Shown here: piece by piece, positions 16,751-25,053 of the stretch
How positions within the stretch are numbered: position 1 is the stretch's first letter
Layout: each line of letters begins with the position of its first letter
DNA from: Clostridia bacterium
Lineage (GTDB): Bacteria; Bacillota; Clostridia; RUG12999
DNA: 64,000 nucleotides
Assembly: GCA_045633565.1 (NCBI GenBank)
Contig: JAZQYO010000026.1
Location: 915-64,914 of the forward strand
Direction: 5' to 3'
Position numbers and translations under genes: made by a program
Notes under the pieces: generated by a model
Told to the model about the DNA's origin: nothing
The model's database searches: none
Seen by the model: the letters and a program-made list of their open reading frames with translations, nothing else

Positions 16751-17969
16751 ATAATCTGTATGTTCCGGGAAGGTCACAACACTTGCGTGTATCAAATACA
16801 ACTTTCCCTTTGAGCCTGTCCATATTCTCCAGAATATGATTGTGGCTCACCATAATAACTACCAAATCGGTATCAGCAAGAAACTTATCAAAGTCGTGAT
16901 ACTGATTAGGTACAATATCTGCTTCAAAAAACGGGTCGTAGGACTTAATGGGCGCCGCAAGATGTCTCTCCTGGCTTTCTAAAAGCTGAATTGTGGGTGA
17001 CTCACGAGAATCATCAACATTTTCCTTATAGGAAAGACCGTATAGACCCACTCTTGAAATGTCAGAAATGTTATTTTCTTTCATAATTTCATAAATTCTG
17101 TTTAACACAAAATCAGGCATACCGTCATTGGTTTTCATTGATTCATCAATAACTTTCGCAAGACTGGGATAATCCCCAACCAAAAACCACGGGTCAACAG
17201 AAATGCAGTGCCCGCCAACACCCGGTCCCGGTTGAAGAATGTTTACCCTGGGGTGCATATTACAGATTTTTATAATTTCATAAACATCCATATTGTCATG
17301 ACGGCAGATTTTTGCAAGTTCGTTTGCAAAGGCGATGTTTACTGCCCTGTATGTGTTTTCAACAACCTTTGTCATTTCTGCAGTACGTATGTCCGTAACA
17401 ACAATATCCCCTTTACAGAAAGATGCGTAAAGATTTTTTATTTTTTCTCCCACACTTTTATCGTCTGCACCGATTGTACGATTGTTGTGCAAAAGCTCGT
17501 ACACCATATTGCCCGGAATGATTCTTTCGGGTGCGTGAACAAGATTTATGTCCCTGCCGATTTCAAATCCGCTGTCTTCTATTACAGGACGCACATATTT
17601 ATCAATCGTGCCCGGCGATACCGTGGACTCAATAACCACAGTTGCTCCTTTCGGACACAGCTCAAGAATGGTTTTAACCGCAGAAACCACATAGCAGGCA
17701 TCAACCTTTTTGCTAAATTTATCATAGGGTGTCGGAACCGATACTATGTATGTATCCGTCACCTGATATTCGGTAGTAAATTTAACCCCCGCCTTCACAG
17801 CATCTGCAAAAAGCTCATCAAGACCTTCTTCTTTAAATGTAGTTTTTCCGGCGTTTAAGGTTTCAACAAGCTGTTTATTATAGTCTGTGCCTACAACATC
17901 CACGCCATGTGCCGCAAGCATGAGAGCCGTGGGAAGTCCTATGTAACCAAGTCCTATTACATTAATCAT
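16749..17969 (-). CDS. UDP-sugar dehydrogenase, UDP-N-acetyl-D-mannosamine dehydrogenase-like
   Basis: N-terminal Rossmann INVIGLGYIGLP; 406 aa; UDP-glucose/GDP-mannose dehydrogenase family length and layout. Confidence 0.8.
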   Translation of the reverse strand: MINVIGLGYIGLPTALMLAAHGVDVVGTDYNKQLVETLNAGKTTFKEEGLDELFADAVKAGVKFTTEYQVTDTYIVSVPTPYDKFSKKVDACYVVSAVKTILELCPKGATVVIESTVSPGTIDKYVRPVIEDSGFEIGRDINLVHAPERIIPGNMVYELLHNNRTIGADDKSVGEKIKNLYASFCKGDIVVTDIRTAEMTKVVENTYRAVNIAFANELAKICRHDNMDVYEIIKICNMHPRVNILQPGPGVGGHCISVDPWFLVGDYPSLAKVIDESMKTNDGMPDFVLNRIYEIMKENNISDISRVGLYGLSYKENVDDSRESPTIQLLESQERHLAAPIKSYDPFFEADIVPNQYHDFDKFLADTDLVVIMVSHNHILENMDRLKGKVVFDTRKCCDLPGTYRL

Positions 17970-17973
17970 CTTT

Positions 17974-19128
17974 CTACTCTCCTTGTATGTTTTTTAAAAA
18001 ATCTATCAGTTTACCAAATTCGTTTTCCCAGTTTACTTCTTCGGCAAGTCTTTTTGCATTTTCGGCGCAGACATTATAAAATTCCCTGTCTGTATAAAGC
18101 TTTATTACCGCCTCTGCAAAAGCCTCCGGAGTGTTTTCCCTAAGTACAATTCCAAAATTATATTTATCATTCAAATATCTGTGTTCCGGGATATCCGACA
18201 TAATAACAGGAAGTCCCGCCGCCACATATTCAAATATTTTGTTTGAAACAGAAAGCTTGAAATTAAGACAGATGGGCTCGGTAATTGCCACACCCACATA
18301 CGATTTTGCAGCTTCAGGAACAAGCTCCTGAACGGTTACTGACGGGTAAAAAACAAACCTGTTTTTCTTATCAAGTTGTGCGACTGTATCTCGCAGTTCC
18401 TGCTCCATTGCACCAAATCCGCGTATTGCAATCCGGATATCATCATAATCGTCAAAAAGGCCGCACGATTTTGCCATTATATCGTATCCCCTGCCACGGT
18501 AAAACCATCCATGGTTAAGCACTTCAAAACCTTCATTTTTTTCATGTTGTCTGATTACCGGTATTTCTTTTTTAGGGGCACAATTGGTGATTACCATCGG
18601 CTTTTTAATTTTATATTCCTTGGCAAAGTATTCTGCTGCAGCATGGCTGACGCAAATCATCAGGTCAACCCTTTTCACCATATACCTTTCTGCCATTTTA
18701 TAAAGTATCGCAAGTTTACTTTTTTTTGCTGTGAAATTTTCAACACACACTTCGTGAGAGTCATAAATAATCCTACAGCCAAGCTTCCTTTTTGCCGCAA
18801 AAGCAGGAATAAGTGCATTAAGATCATTAGCATGAATAACGTCAGGTTTTTCTGCAATTATTGCATCACGCACCACCTCAAACGAAAGCTTTTCACGTTT
18901 GAATTTGTTTAATATTCCCTTCTGATGTCCCACATATCTTTCGTCTATTTCAGTTATAACCGTTTTGCACGGAATAAGGGAAACTTTTTCTTTATCGTAC
19001 CTTTTGCTCTTGCTCCCAATAGTCACAACATCAATTCCATGCGCAAGGTACTCATTGATTTGTTTTCTCACACGCGGGTCATACCAAACAGAATTGAGTA
19101 CCACATCACATACCTTCATCAAATTCAC
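17974..19128 (-). CDS. Glycosyltransferase family 4
   Basis: 384 aa, GT4-type C-terminal domain; sits in an operon with a dehydrogenase and a WecB-family transferase, suggesting cell-wall polysaccharide synthesis. Confidence 0.7.
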   Translation of the reverse strand: MNLMKVCDVVLNSVWYDPRVRKQINEYLAHGIDVVTIGSKSKRYDKEKVSLIPCKTVITEIDERYVGHQKGILNKFKREKLSFEVVRDAIIAEKPDVIHANDLNALIPAFAAKRKLGCRIIYDSHEVCVENFTAKKSKLAILYKMAERYMVKRVDLMICVSHAAAEYFAKEYKIKKPMVITNCAPKKEIPVIRQHEKNEGFEVLNHGWFYRGRGYDIMAKSCGLFDDYDDIRIAIRGFGAMEQELRDTVAQLDKKNRFVFYPSVTVQELVPEAAKSYVGVAITEPICLNFKLSVSNKIFEYVAAGLPVIMSDIPEHRYLNDKYNFGIVLRENTPEAFAEAVIKLYTDREFYNVCAENAKRLAEEVNWENEFGKLIDFLKNIQGE

Positions 19129-19251
19129 CTACTGTTTTTCTTATTAAACATTTCACACCAATTTAATTATATACCATATATAATAAAAAATCAATCTTTT
19201 AAATTAAAAAAATATGCACCTCCAAAAGAAAGTGCATATCATTTACCTTTT

Positions 19252-19794
19252 TTAATTTTCCATGTGTCTGCCTAAAAAGTTTGCAGCTGTCTGCGCAAGC
19301 TTGGTTTCCACCTCGCCGGGAATCCCTTTCTCGTTTGACACAACCACTACACTGCCCAGACAATCTCCCTCCGAAATAATTGGAACTGCAACGCCCATCT
19401 GATATTTGTCATTGCCTTGGGCAATATAAAGCTGTTTCCCGTCCGACTGACTTACTACATACGGCACTTTTTCATCCATAATTTTCTCCAGGTCACTGGA
19501 AACCGGCTTTTCTGAAAGCTCCTTTTTGGACGCTCCCGAAACCGCAATAATAGAGTCCTTGTCGGTAATACAAACGGGGTATCCGCTTGTTTTGGAAAGA
19601 GATTCCGCGTAGTCGGACGCAAACTCGCCAAGTTCACCTATAGGCGAATATTTTTTAAAAATCACTTCGCCGTCACGGTCTGTAAAAATCTCAAGTGGGT
19701 CTCCCTCTTTTATGCGGAGAGTACGTCTTATTTCTTTAGGTATTACAACACGACCGAGGTCATCAATTCGTCTTACAATTCCTGTCGCTTTCAT
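19252..19794 (-). CDS. spoVT: Stage V sporulation protein T (AbrB-family regulator with GAF domain)
   Basis: N-terminus MKATGIVRRIDDLGRVVIPKEIRRTLRIKEGDPLEIF is the AbrB/SpoVT swapped-hairpin domain; 180 aa. Confidence 0.9.
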   Translation of the reverse strand: MKATGIVRRIDDLGRVVIPKEIRRTLRIKEGDPLEIFTDRDGEVIFKKYSPIGELGEFASDYAESLSKTSGYPVCITDKDSIIAVSGASKKELSEKPVSSDLEKIMDEKVPYVVSQSDGKQLYIAQGNDKYQMGVAVPIISEGDCLGSVVVVSNEKGIPGEVETKLAQTAANFLGRHMEN

Positions 19795-19951
19795 ATAATA
19801 AATCTCCTTTTTGTAAATTTTACAAATTTATTATTTGAAAAAGCGTGAAATTTATCCAATGAAAATTTTGTCAATGGTAAACATCCCGTCTTGACTTTTA
19901 TAAAATATAATGATATAATTATAAAAAATAATCTTTTGGAGGCTATTTATA

Positions 19952-20098
19952 ATGACCAGAATTAAAACTATTGAAACAAGAAATATTGAAAAATCTGTTA
20001 AAAATGGTGGCTGCGGCGAATGTCAGACATCCTGCCAGTCAGCTTGTAAAACATCCTGCGGTGTTGCTAACCAGCAGTGCGAAAACAACAATAAATAA
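19952..20098 (+). CDS. scfA: SCIFF (six cysteines in forty-five residues) ribosomal peptide precursor
   Basis: 48-aa peptide MTRIKTIETRNIEKSVKNGGCGECQTSCQSACKTSCGVANQQCENNNK, near identical to the conserved GGCGECQTSCQSACKTSC SCIFF core. RBS GGAGG. Missed by the ORF track because it is under 60 aa. Confidence 0.9.
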   Translation: MTRIKTIETRNIEKSVKNGGCGECQTSCQSACKTSCGVANQQCENNNK

Positions 20099-20109
20099 TT
20101 AAAAAACAC

Positions 20110-20145
20110 TAAACCGCCGCCTTTTCAGGCGGCGGTTTTTAGTAT
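20110..20145 (+). terminator. Terminator/attenuator hairpin between SCIFF and its maturase (AAACCGCCGCCttttcaGGCGGCGGTTTTT)
   Basis: Perfect GC stem plus T-run; partial read-through of this kind is typical in SCIFF operons. Confidence 0.55.
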
Positions 20146-20151
20146 AGAGGA

Positions 20152-21534
20152 TTGAAAAATATGGTTCATCAGTATAAACTAAACGGATATAACATAGTGC
20201 TTGATACTGCAAGTGGCTCGGTTCACGTTGTGGATGAGGTGGCGTATGACATTATTGCCATGTACAAAGAAAAAAGCCGTGAGCAAATCACAGCCGAAAT
20301 TTTGAAAAAATATTCTCATCTGCCCGATGTAAATGAGGCAGAAATTTCAGAATGTCTGGACGATATCGCCTCGCTTGAAGATATGGGCAAGCTTTTTTCA
20401 GAAGACAAGTATGAAGAACTTGCAAAAAACTATAAATCTGATACTAGCGTTATAAAAGCAATGTGTTTGCACATTGCCCACACCTGTAATTTAAACTGCT
20501 CTTACTGCTTTGCAAGTCAGGGCAAATATCAGGGTGAGCGCTCGCTTATGAGTTTTGAGGTAGGCAAGCAGGCGTGTGATTTTCTTGTTGCAAACTCAGG
20601 TACCCGCAAAAACCTTGAGGTTGACTTTTTCGGCGGTGAGCCTCTTATGAACTGGGACGTTGTCAAAAAGCTTGTTGAATATGCAAGAAGCATAGAAAAA
20701 GAGCATAATAAGAATTTCCGTTTTACTCTCACCACAAATGGAGTTCTCTTAGATAACGACAAAATAGAATTTTTAAACCGCGAAATGAGCAATGTTGTTT
20801 TAAGTCTTGACGGCAGAAAAGAAATCCACGACCATTTCAGAAAAGATTATAATGGCAATGGAAGTTACGACCTTATTTTGCCCAAATTTAAAAATTTTGT
20901 AGAAAAACGTGATGGCAAAAACTATTATATGCGCGGAACTTTCACCCACAACAACACCGATTTTACAAATGATATTTTTCACATGGCAGACCTCGGATTT
21001 ACCGAGCTGAGTATGGAACCTGTTGTTTGTCCCCCATCCGACCCATATGCACTGACACTCGAGGATATGCCAAAACTTTTTGAGCAGTATGAAATTCTCG
21101 CAAAAGAAATGATAAAACGAAAAAAAGAAGGTCGTCCATTCACCTTCTATCACTATATGCTTGACCTGAAAAATGGTCCTTGCATTTACAAGCGAATTAC
21201 AGGATGTGGCTCGGGAACAGAGTACATGGCAGTTACCCCCTGGGGCGAACTTTTCCCCTGTCATCAGTTTGTAGGCGATGAAAAATACAGTCTCGGTAAC
21301 ATCTGGGATGGCGTTAAGAACACCGCTGTTCAGGACGAGTTTAAAAAATGCAACGCATATTCCCGTCCCGAATGTAACGATTGCTGGGCAAGGCTTTACT
21401 GCTCGGGCGGATGTGCCGCAAACTCCTACCATGCAACCGGCTCTATCAGTGGCATATACGAGTATGGCTGTGAGCTGTTTAAAAAACGCATTGAATGTGC
21501 AATTATGATGCAGATTGCCGAGGAAGAAGAATGA
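20152..21534 (+). CDS. scfB: SCIFF radical SAM maturase (thioether-forming, SPASM domain)
   Basis: CNLNCSYC radical-SAM cluster motif near residue 110, C-terminal Cys-rich SPASM region (CNDCWARLYCSGGCAAN); 460 aa; directly downstream of SCIFF. Confidence 0.9.
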   Translation: MKNMVHQYKLNGYNIVLDTASGSVHVVDEVAYDIIAMYKEKSREQITAEILKKYSHLPDVNEAEISECLDDIASLEDMGKLFSEDKYEELAKNYKSDTSVIKAMCLHIAHTCNLNCSYCFASQGKYQGERSLMSFEVGKQACDFLVANSGTRKNLEVDFFGGEPLMNWDVVKKLVEYARSIEKEHNKNFRFTLTTNGVLLDNDKIEFLNREMSNVVLSLDGRKEIHDHFRKDYNGNGSYDLILPKFKNFVEKRDGKNYYMRGTFTHNNTDFTNDIFHMADLGFTELSMEPVVCPPSDPYALTLEDMPKLFEQYEILAKEMIKRKKEGRPFTFYHYMLDLKNGPCIYKRITGCGSGTEYMAVTPWGELFPCHQFVGDEKYSLGNIWDGVKNTAVQDEFKKCNAYSRPECNDCWARLYCSGGCAANSYHATGSISGIYEYGCELFKKRIECAIMMQIAEEEE

Positions 21535-22841
21535 ACACTCCCATAGCAGATTTTGTAAAAAAATATTCGGAAAACGATTTTTCACGCTTTCACATGCCGG
21601 GACACAAGGGCGAAAGCTTTCTCGGATGCGAAAAATTTGATATTACAGAAATAGACGGTGCGGACGTTCTGTCCTGTGCCGACGGAATAATTTTTGAGAG
21701 CGAAAAAAACGCATCTTCCCTTTTTAAAACTGCTCACACATTTTATTCTGCCGGTGGGTCAACTGCTGCAATTTATGCGATGTTGGCACTTTCAGGTGGC
21801 AAAAAAATACTTGCGTCAAGAAATGTCCACAAGGCTTTTGTTAATGCCTGTGCACTACTTGATTATCAAGCTGTCTGGCTGATGTCGGAAGAAATTTCAG
21901 GTGTATTAAGCTGCAAGATTTCCGCAAAATCTGTAGAGGAAAAGATTTTGTCCGAAAAGCCTGCTGCCGTTTATCTTACATCCCCTGATTATCTTGGAAA
22001 CGTTCAGGATATTGCGGGAATATCGGAGGTCTGCAGAAAGTATGGCATTCCGCTTTTGGTGGATAACGCACACGGTGCATACCTTGGTTTTCTTGAAAAA
22101 TCCACGCACCCCATTTATCTGGGTGCAACCGTCTGCTGCGACTCGGCGCACAAAACTCTTCCCGTTTTGACGGGGGGTGCATATCTGCACATATCAAAGG
22201 ATGCTCCTGCAGACTACCTGTCAAACGCACGCGAAAAACTGGCACTTTTTACTTCCACAAGTCCCTCTTATCTGATTTTGAAGTCGCTCGATTTGTGCAA
22301 TGCATATCTTACAGATGGCTTTAAGAAAAAACTTGCAGATTGTATAGAAAAAACAAGTTCAGCAAAAGAATTTATCAAATCTCGTGGTTTTAGCGTGCTG
22401 GGCAGCGAGCCTCTTAAAATAACAATAGATGCCGCTGCATCCGGTTACAGCGGCTACACATTGGCGGAAAAATTGCGTGAAAACAAAATTGAGCCGGAAT
22501 TTTCTGATAATGACTATGTTGTCTTAATGGTCACTCCACAAAACTCTGATGGAGATTTTACAAGACTTGAAAATGCCTTTTCATCTATAAATCCAATGCC
22601 GGCTATTGCAAAAAAGGACCTTGTCATATCAGCGCCAAAACAGCGGATGTCCATTCGTGAAGCTGTTTTTTCAGACAGCGAAACAGTCTCTGTTTCTTCT
22701 GCCATTGGCAGAATTTGTGCGGCTGCCACTGTTTCCTGCCCGCCGGCTGTCCCAATTGCAATAAGCGGAGAGGAAATAACAAAGGAAATCGCAGAGTTGT
22801 TTTTATACTACGGAGTAGAAAAAATACGTGTTGTAAAATAA
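21531..22841 (+). CDS. Orn/Lys/Arg decarboxylase-family PLP enzyme
   Basis: From ATG 21531 (ATGA overlap with the scfB stop) the protein begins MNTPIADFVKKYSENDFSRFHMPGHKG..., the hallmark N-terminus of this decarboxylase family. The track's 21495 start is an upstream in-frame extension. Confidence 0.8.
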   Translation: MNTPIADFVKKYSENDFSRFHMPGHKGESFLGCEKFDITEIDGADVLSCADGIIFESEKNASSLFKTAHTFYSAGGSTAAIYAMLALSGGKKILASRNVHKAFVNACALLDYQAVWLMSEEISGVLSCKISAKSVEEKILSEKPAAVYLTSPDYLGNVQDIAGISEVCRKYGIPLLVDNAHGAYLGFLEKSTHPIYLGATVCCDSAHKTLPVLTGGAYLHISKDAPADYLSNAREKLALFTSTSPSYLILKSLDLCNAYLTDGFKKKLADCIEKTSSAKEFIKSRGFSVLGSEPLKITIDAAASGYSGYTLAEKLRENKIEPEFSDNDYVVLMVTPQNSDGDFTRLENAFSSINPMPAIAKKDLVISAPKQRMSIREAVFSDSETVSVSSAIGRICAAATVSCPPAVPIAISGEEITKEIAELFLYYGVEKIRVVK

Positions 22842-22842
22842 A

Positions 22843-22876
22843 AACCCGACAACTTTCGTTGTCGGGTAATTCTTTA
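22843..22876 (+). terminator. Terminator (AAAACCCGACAACtttcGTTGTCGGGTaattcttt)
   Basis: GC stem plus a T-rich tail after the decarboxylase gene. Confidence 0.55.
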
Positions 22877-22882
22877 TATTAT

Positions 22883-23212
22883 GAGTATCCCTGTAAGCCG
22901 GGTTCTGTTTTTCAGACAATTATCTATCTACGCCTGCCATTGCTGACAGGCTTTAGCCATATAAGGGGAAACGTCGGGCAAACTTAACTTCCCCAATGTT
23001 GCTCCAGGTGGGGTTTACAGCACGATACTGTCTCCAATACCGTGGGTGAGCTCTTACCTCGCCTTTCCACCCTTACCGCAAAAATGCGGCGGTATATCTC
23101 TGTTGCACTATCCTTAGAGTCGCCTCCACCGGACGTTATCCGGCACCCTTGCCCTGCGGAGCCCGGACTTTCCTCACGCACCTTCTGGTGCCCGCAATTG
23201 TCCGGAATACTC
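22883..23212 (-). ncRNA. rnpB: RNase P RNA, bacterial type A-like
   Basis: Minus-strand sequence contains GAGGAAAGUCCGGGCUCCGCAGGGCA, GGUGCCGG.UAACG.CCGG, AGUGCAACAGAGA, GGUAAGGGUGGAAAGG, GGUAAGAGCUCACC and ACAGAACCCGGCUUA. The P1 ends GAGUAUUCC / GGGAUACUC pair. Track ORFs 22984-23214(-), 23042-23497(+) and 23149-23394(+) overlapping it are spurious. Confidence 0.85.
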
Positions 23213-23219
23213 AAGTTTT

Positions 23220-24503
23220 TTATTCGTCCTCGTCCTCATCCTCGGGAACACTTAAATATTCAACCTTTGCAAAAACAACTCTGTTGTCTTCAACTTCTTC
23301 TATTTCAATTCGCAGGTTTTCATATTCAAAAAATTCTCCCGGTTCGGGGATTTTGCCTAAAACCTCTGTCACCCAGCCACCTAATGTATTGTAACGGCTT
23401 TCAATTTCATTTCCGTCAAAATCAATGGCGTCAAGCATATCGCTTGTATCCATATTACCATTCACACGGAAGCTTGTGGGTGAAAGTGTTTCTATAAGCT
23501 GAAGAACCTCGTCATGCTCGTCCCATATTTCCCCGACAAGTTCTTCAAGAATATCCTCCATTGTAACAACACCAGCCGTACCGCCATACTGGTCGGTAAC
23601 GATTGCAAGCTGAACCTTGTCCTTCTGCATTGCAGAAAGAGCATCGGAAATTTTCATTGTATCGGGCAGGTAGAGCACTTCCTGAAGAATACCTTCAACA
23701 TCCACATCCCCTTTTGTAACAAGAGCAGACAGAAAATCCTTTGCATTCAGTATACCGATAATTGTATCAATCGACTCCCTGTAAACAGGAATTCTTGTAT
23801 ATTTTTCCTCTAAAACCGCTTCCTTGATTTTTTCAATACCTTTTTCTATATCTGCAGCAACAAGGTTTACCCTCGGTGTCAGAACCTCGCCAACGGTTAT
23901 ATCGTCAAAGTCAAGAGCATTTTGGGCAAGCTCACGTTCAACCTCTTCCAAAACTCCCTCATCCTGAACCTCGTCCATAATTACCTTAAGCTCGTCCTCG
24001 GTGTATGACGGTTTTTTCTCTTCCCCGTCATCTTTTCGCGAAACAACTGCTCTCACACCGGAGAAAAGAATTGATATGGGCAAAAGCAGTTTTGTAACAA
24101 ATATGAGAGTTTTTGCAATGGAAAGAAGCAATGCTTCTGCATTTGTTTTAGCTAAACTTTTAGGCAGTATTTCGCCAAATACCAAAACAAGAACCGTCAT
24201 CACAACTGTGGCAATGAACGCTCCGTGAATTTTCCATACATTCGTTGCCAGAACTGTTGCAAGAGAAGTTGCAACAATATTTACTATGTTGTTGCCGATA
24301 AGTATTGTTGAAATTGTCTTATCGTAATTGTTTATAAGCTTCAGCGCAGTTTTTGCCTTTTTATCGCCATCATCAGCCTTTGCTTTGATTTTCAGTCTGT
24401 TCGAAGCAGTAACCGCTGTTTCCGACGATGAAAAAAACGCCGATAAAAAAATTAAAATAATAATACTGATTATGCTGATACTAAACCCCGCACTACTGTC
24501 CAA
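23220..24503 (-). CDS. CNNM/DUF21-CBS-CorC_HlyC family membrane protein (hemolysin-like, putative divalent-ion transporter)
   Basis: DUF21 transmembrane N-terminus (IISIIILIFLSAFFSSSETA), CBS pair and C-terminal CorC/HlyC domain. The track start at 24587 would put a consensus promoter inside the ORF. The likelier start is TTG 24503 (GGAGTG 10 nt upstream), which puts the first TM helix at the N-terminus. Confidence 0.8.
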   Translation of the reverse strand: MDSSAGFSISIISIIILIFLSAFFSSSETAVTASNRLKIKAKADDGDKKAKTALKLINNYDKTISTILIGNNIVNIVATSLATVLATNVWKIHGAFIATVVMTVLVLVFGEILPKSLAKTNAEALLLSIAKTLIFVTKLLLPISILFSGVRAVVSRKDDGEEKKPSYTEDELKVIMDEVQDEGVLEEVERELAQNALDFDDITVGEVLTPRVNLVAADIEKGIEKIKEAVLEEKYTRIPVYRESIDTIIGILNAKDFLSALVTKGDVDVEGILQEVLYLPDTMKISDALSAMQKDKVQLAIVTDQYGGTAGVVTMEDILEELVGEIWDEHDEVLQLIETLSPTSFRVNGNMDTSDMLDAIDFDGNEIESRYNTLGGWVTEVLGKIPEPGEFFEYENLRIEIEEVEDNRVVFAKVEYLSVPEDEDEDE

Positions 24504-24543
24504 GTTATAACCACACTCCAATAAATATATTTTTACATAATGT

Positions 24544-24572
24544 ATTATACACGACCCATCTTCTTTTGTCAA
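24544..24572 (-). promoter_or_regulatory. Consensus sigma-A promoter (TTGACA-17-TATAAT) for the CNNM-family gene
   Basis: Minus-strand ttgacaaaagaagatgggtcgtgtataat; lies inside the ORF-track version of the ORF, supporting the shorter gene model. Confidence 0.5.
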
Positions 24573-24666
24573 CATAAGAAATTTCATTTTTTTATAAATA
24601 ACTATTGCTTTTTTCTTTTTCCTGTGATATAATTTTCGTTGTTGATAAATAGCATATAAATCACAT

Positions 24667-24689
24667 GCGGATGTGGCGGAATTGGCAGA
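24667..24689 (+). other. 23-nt exact duplicate of the 5' end of the downstream tRNA-Leu (GCGGATGTGGCGGAATTGGCAGA), followed by about 150 nt of unrelated GC-rich sequence
   Basis: Identical to 24839-24861, then diverges; cannot form a tRNA. Preceded by an extended -10 (TGaTATAAT, 24625-24633). Confidence 0.5.
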
Positions 24690-24838
24690 TTTGAGCCTGA
24701 GCGCTGCCGGGGGTCAGATGTAGCGATGGCGAAAATGCGCAGTGGTCGAAACCTTTAGGTTTCGGGTACCGCAAGCCGTATCGCGGGCGCGGCTGACTTT
24801 GCAGCCACAACAGATTTTCAACTTAATATCAATTATAT

Positions 24839-24925
24839 GCGGATGTGGCGGAATTGGCAGACGCGCTAGCTTCAGGTGCTAGTGAAAGCAATTTCATGCA
24901 GGTTCAAGTCCTGTCATCCGCACCA
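24839..24925 (+). tRNA. tRNA-Leu (anticodon CAG), class II with long variable arm, CCA encoded
   Basis: Acceptor GCGGATG/CATCCGC, anticodon stem CTAGC/GCTAG with loop TTCAGGT, variable arm TGAAAGCAATTTCATGC, T arm AGGTTCAAGTCCT, 3' ACCA. Confidence 0.9.
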
Positions 24926-24930
24926 AACAG

Positions 24931-24977
24931 TAGAAATCCGAACCTTGTACCAATTGGTGAAGGGTTCGGATTTTTAT
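24931..24977 (+). terminator. tRNA operon terminator (GAAATCCGAACC ... GGTTCGGATTTTTATT)
   Basis: Long hairpin plus T-run directly after the tRNA-Leu CCA end. Confidence 0.6.
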
Positions 24978-25025
24978 TATATCTCGACTATCCTAACTTT
25001 AATAGTAAACTTAAATAGCATAAAA

Positions 25026-25049
25026 GCACTTGCATTCTTCTGCAAGTGC
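25026..25049. terminator. Bidirectional terminator hairpin AAAA-GCACTTGC-attcttct-GCAAGTGC-TTTT downstream of the RT gene
   Basis: Its 8-bp stem is identical to the stem that flanks the 277-bp element copy at 54312-54610, making it look like an unoccupied copy of that element's insertion site. Confidence 0.6.
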
Positions 25050-25053
25050 TTTT

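Noticed and set aside
22984-23497. Three ORF-track ORFs (22984-23214 -, 23042-23497 +, 23149-23394 +)
   Set aside because: They overlap the RNase P RNA gene and the 3' end of the CNNM gene; translation products are low-complexity (poly-Ser, Pro-rich); artefacts of GC-rich structured RNA.
24686-24838. Considered a T-box leader or second tRNA between the tRNA fragment and tRNA-Leu
   Set aside because: Only a weak resemblance to the T-box core (GGGUACCGCAAG versus AGGGUGGUACCGCG). There is no specifier/antiterminator arrangement, and no acceptor-stem complement for a tRNA. Left as unexplained sequence.
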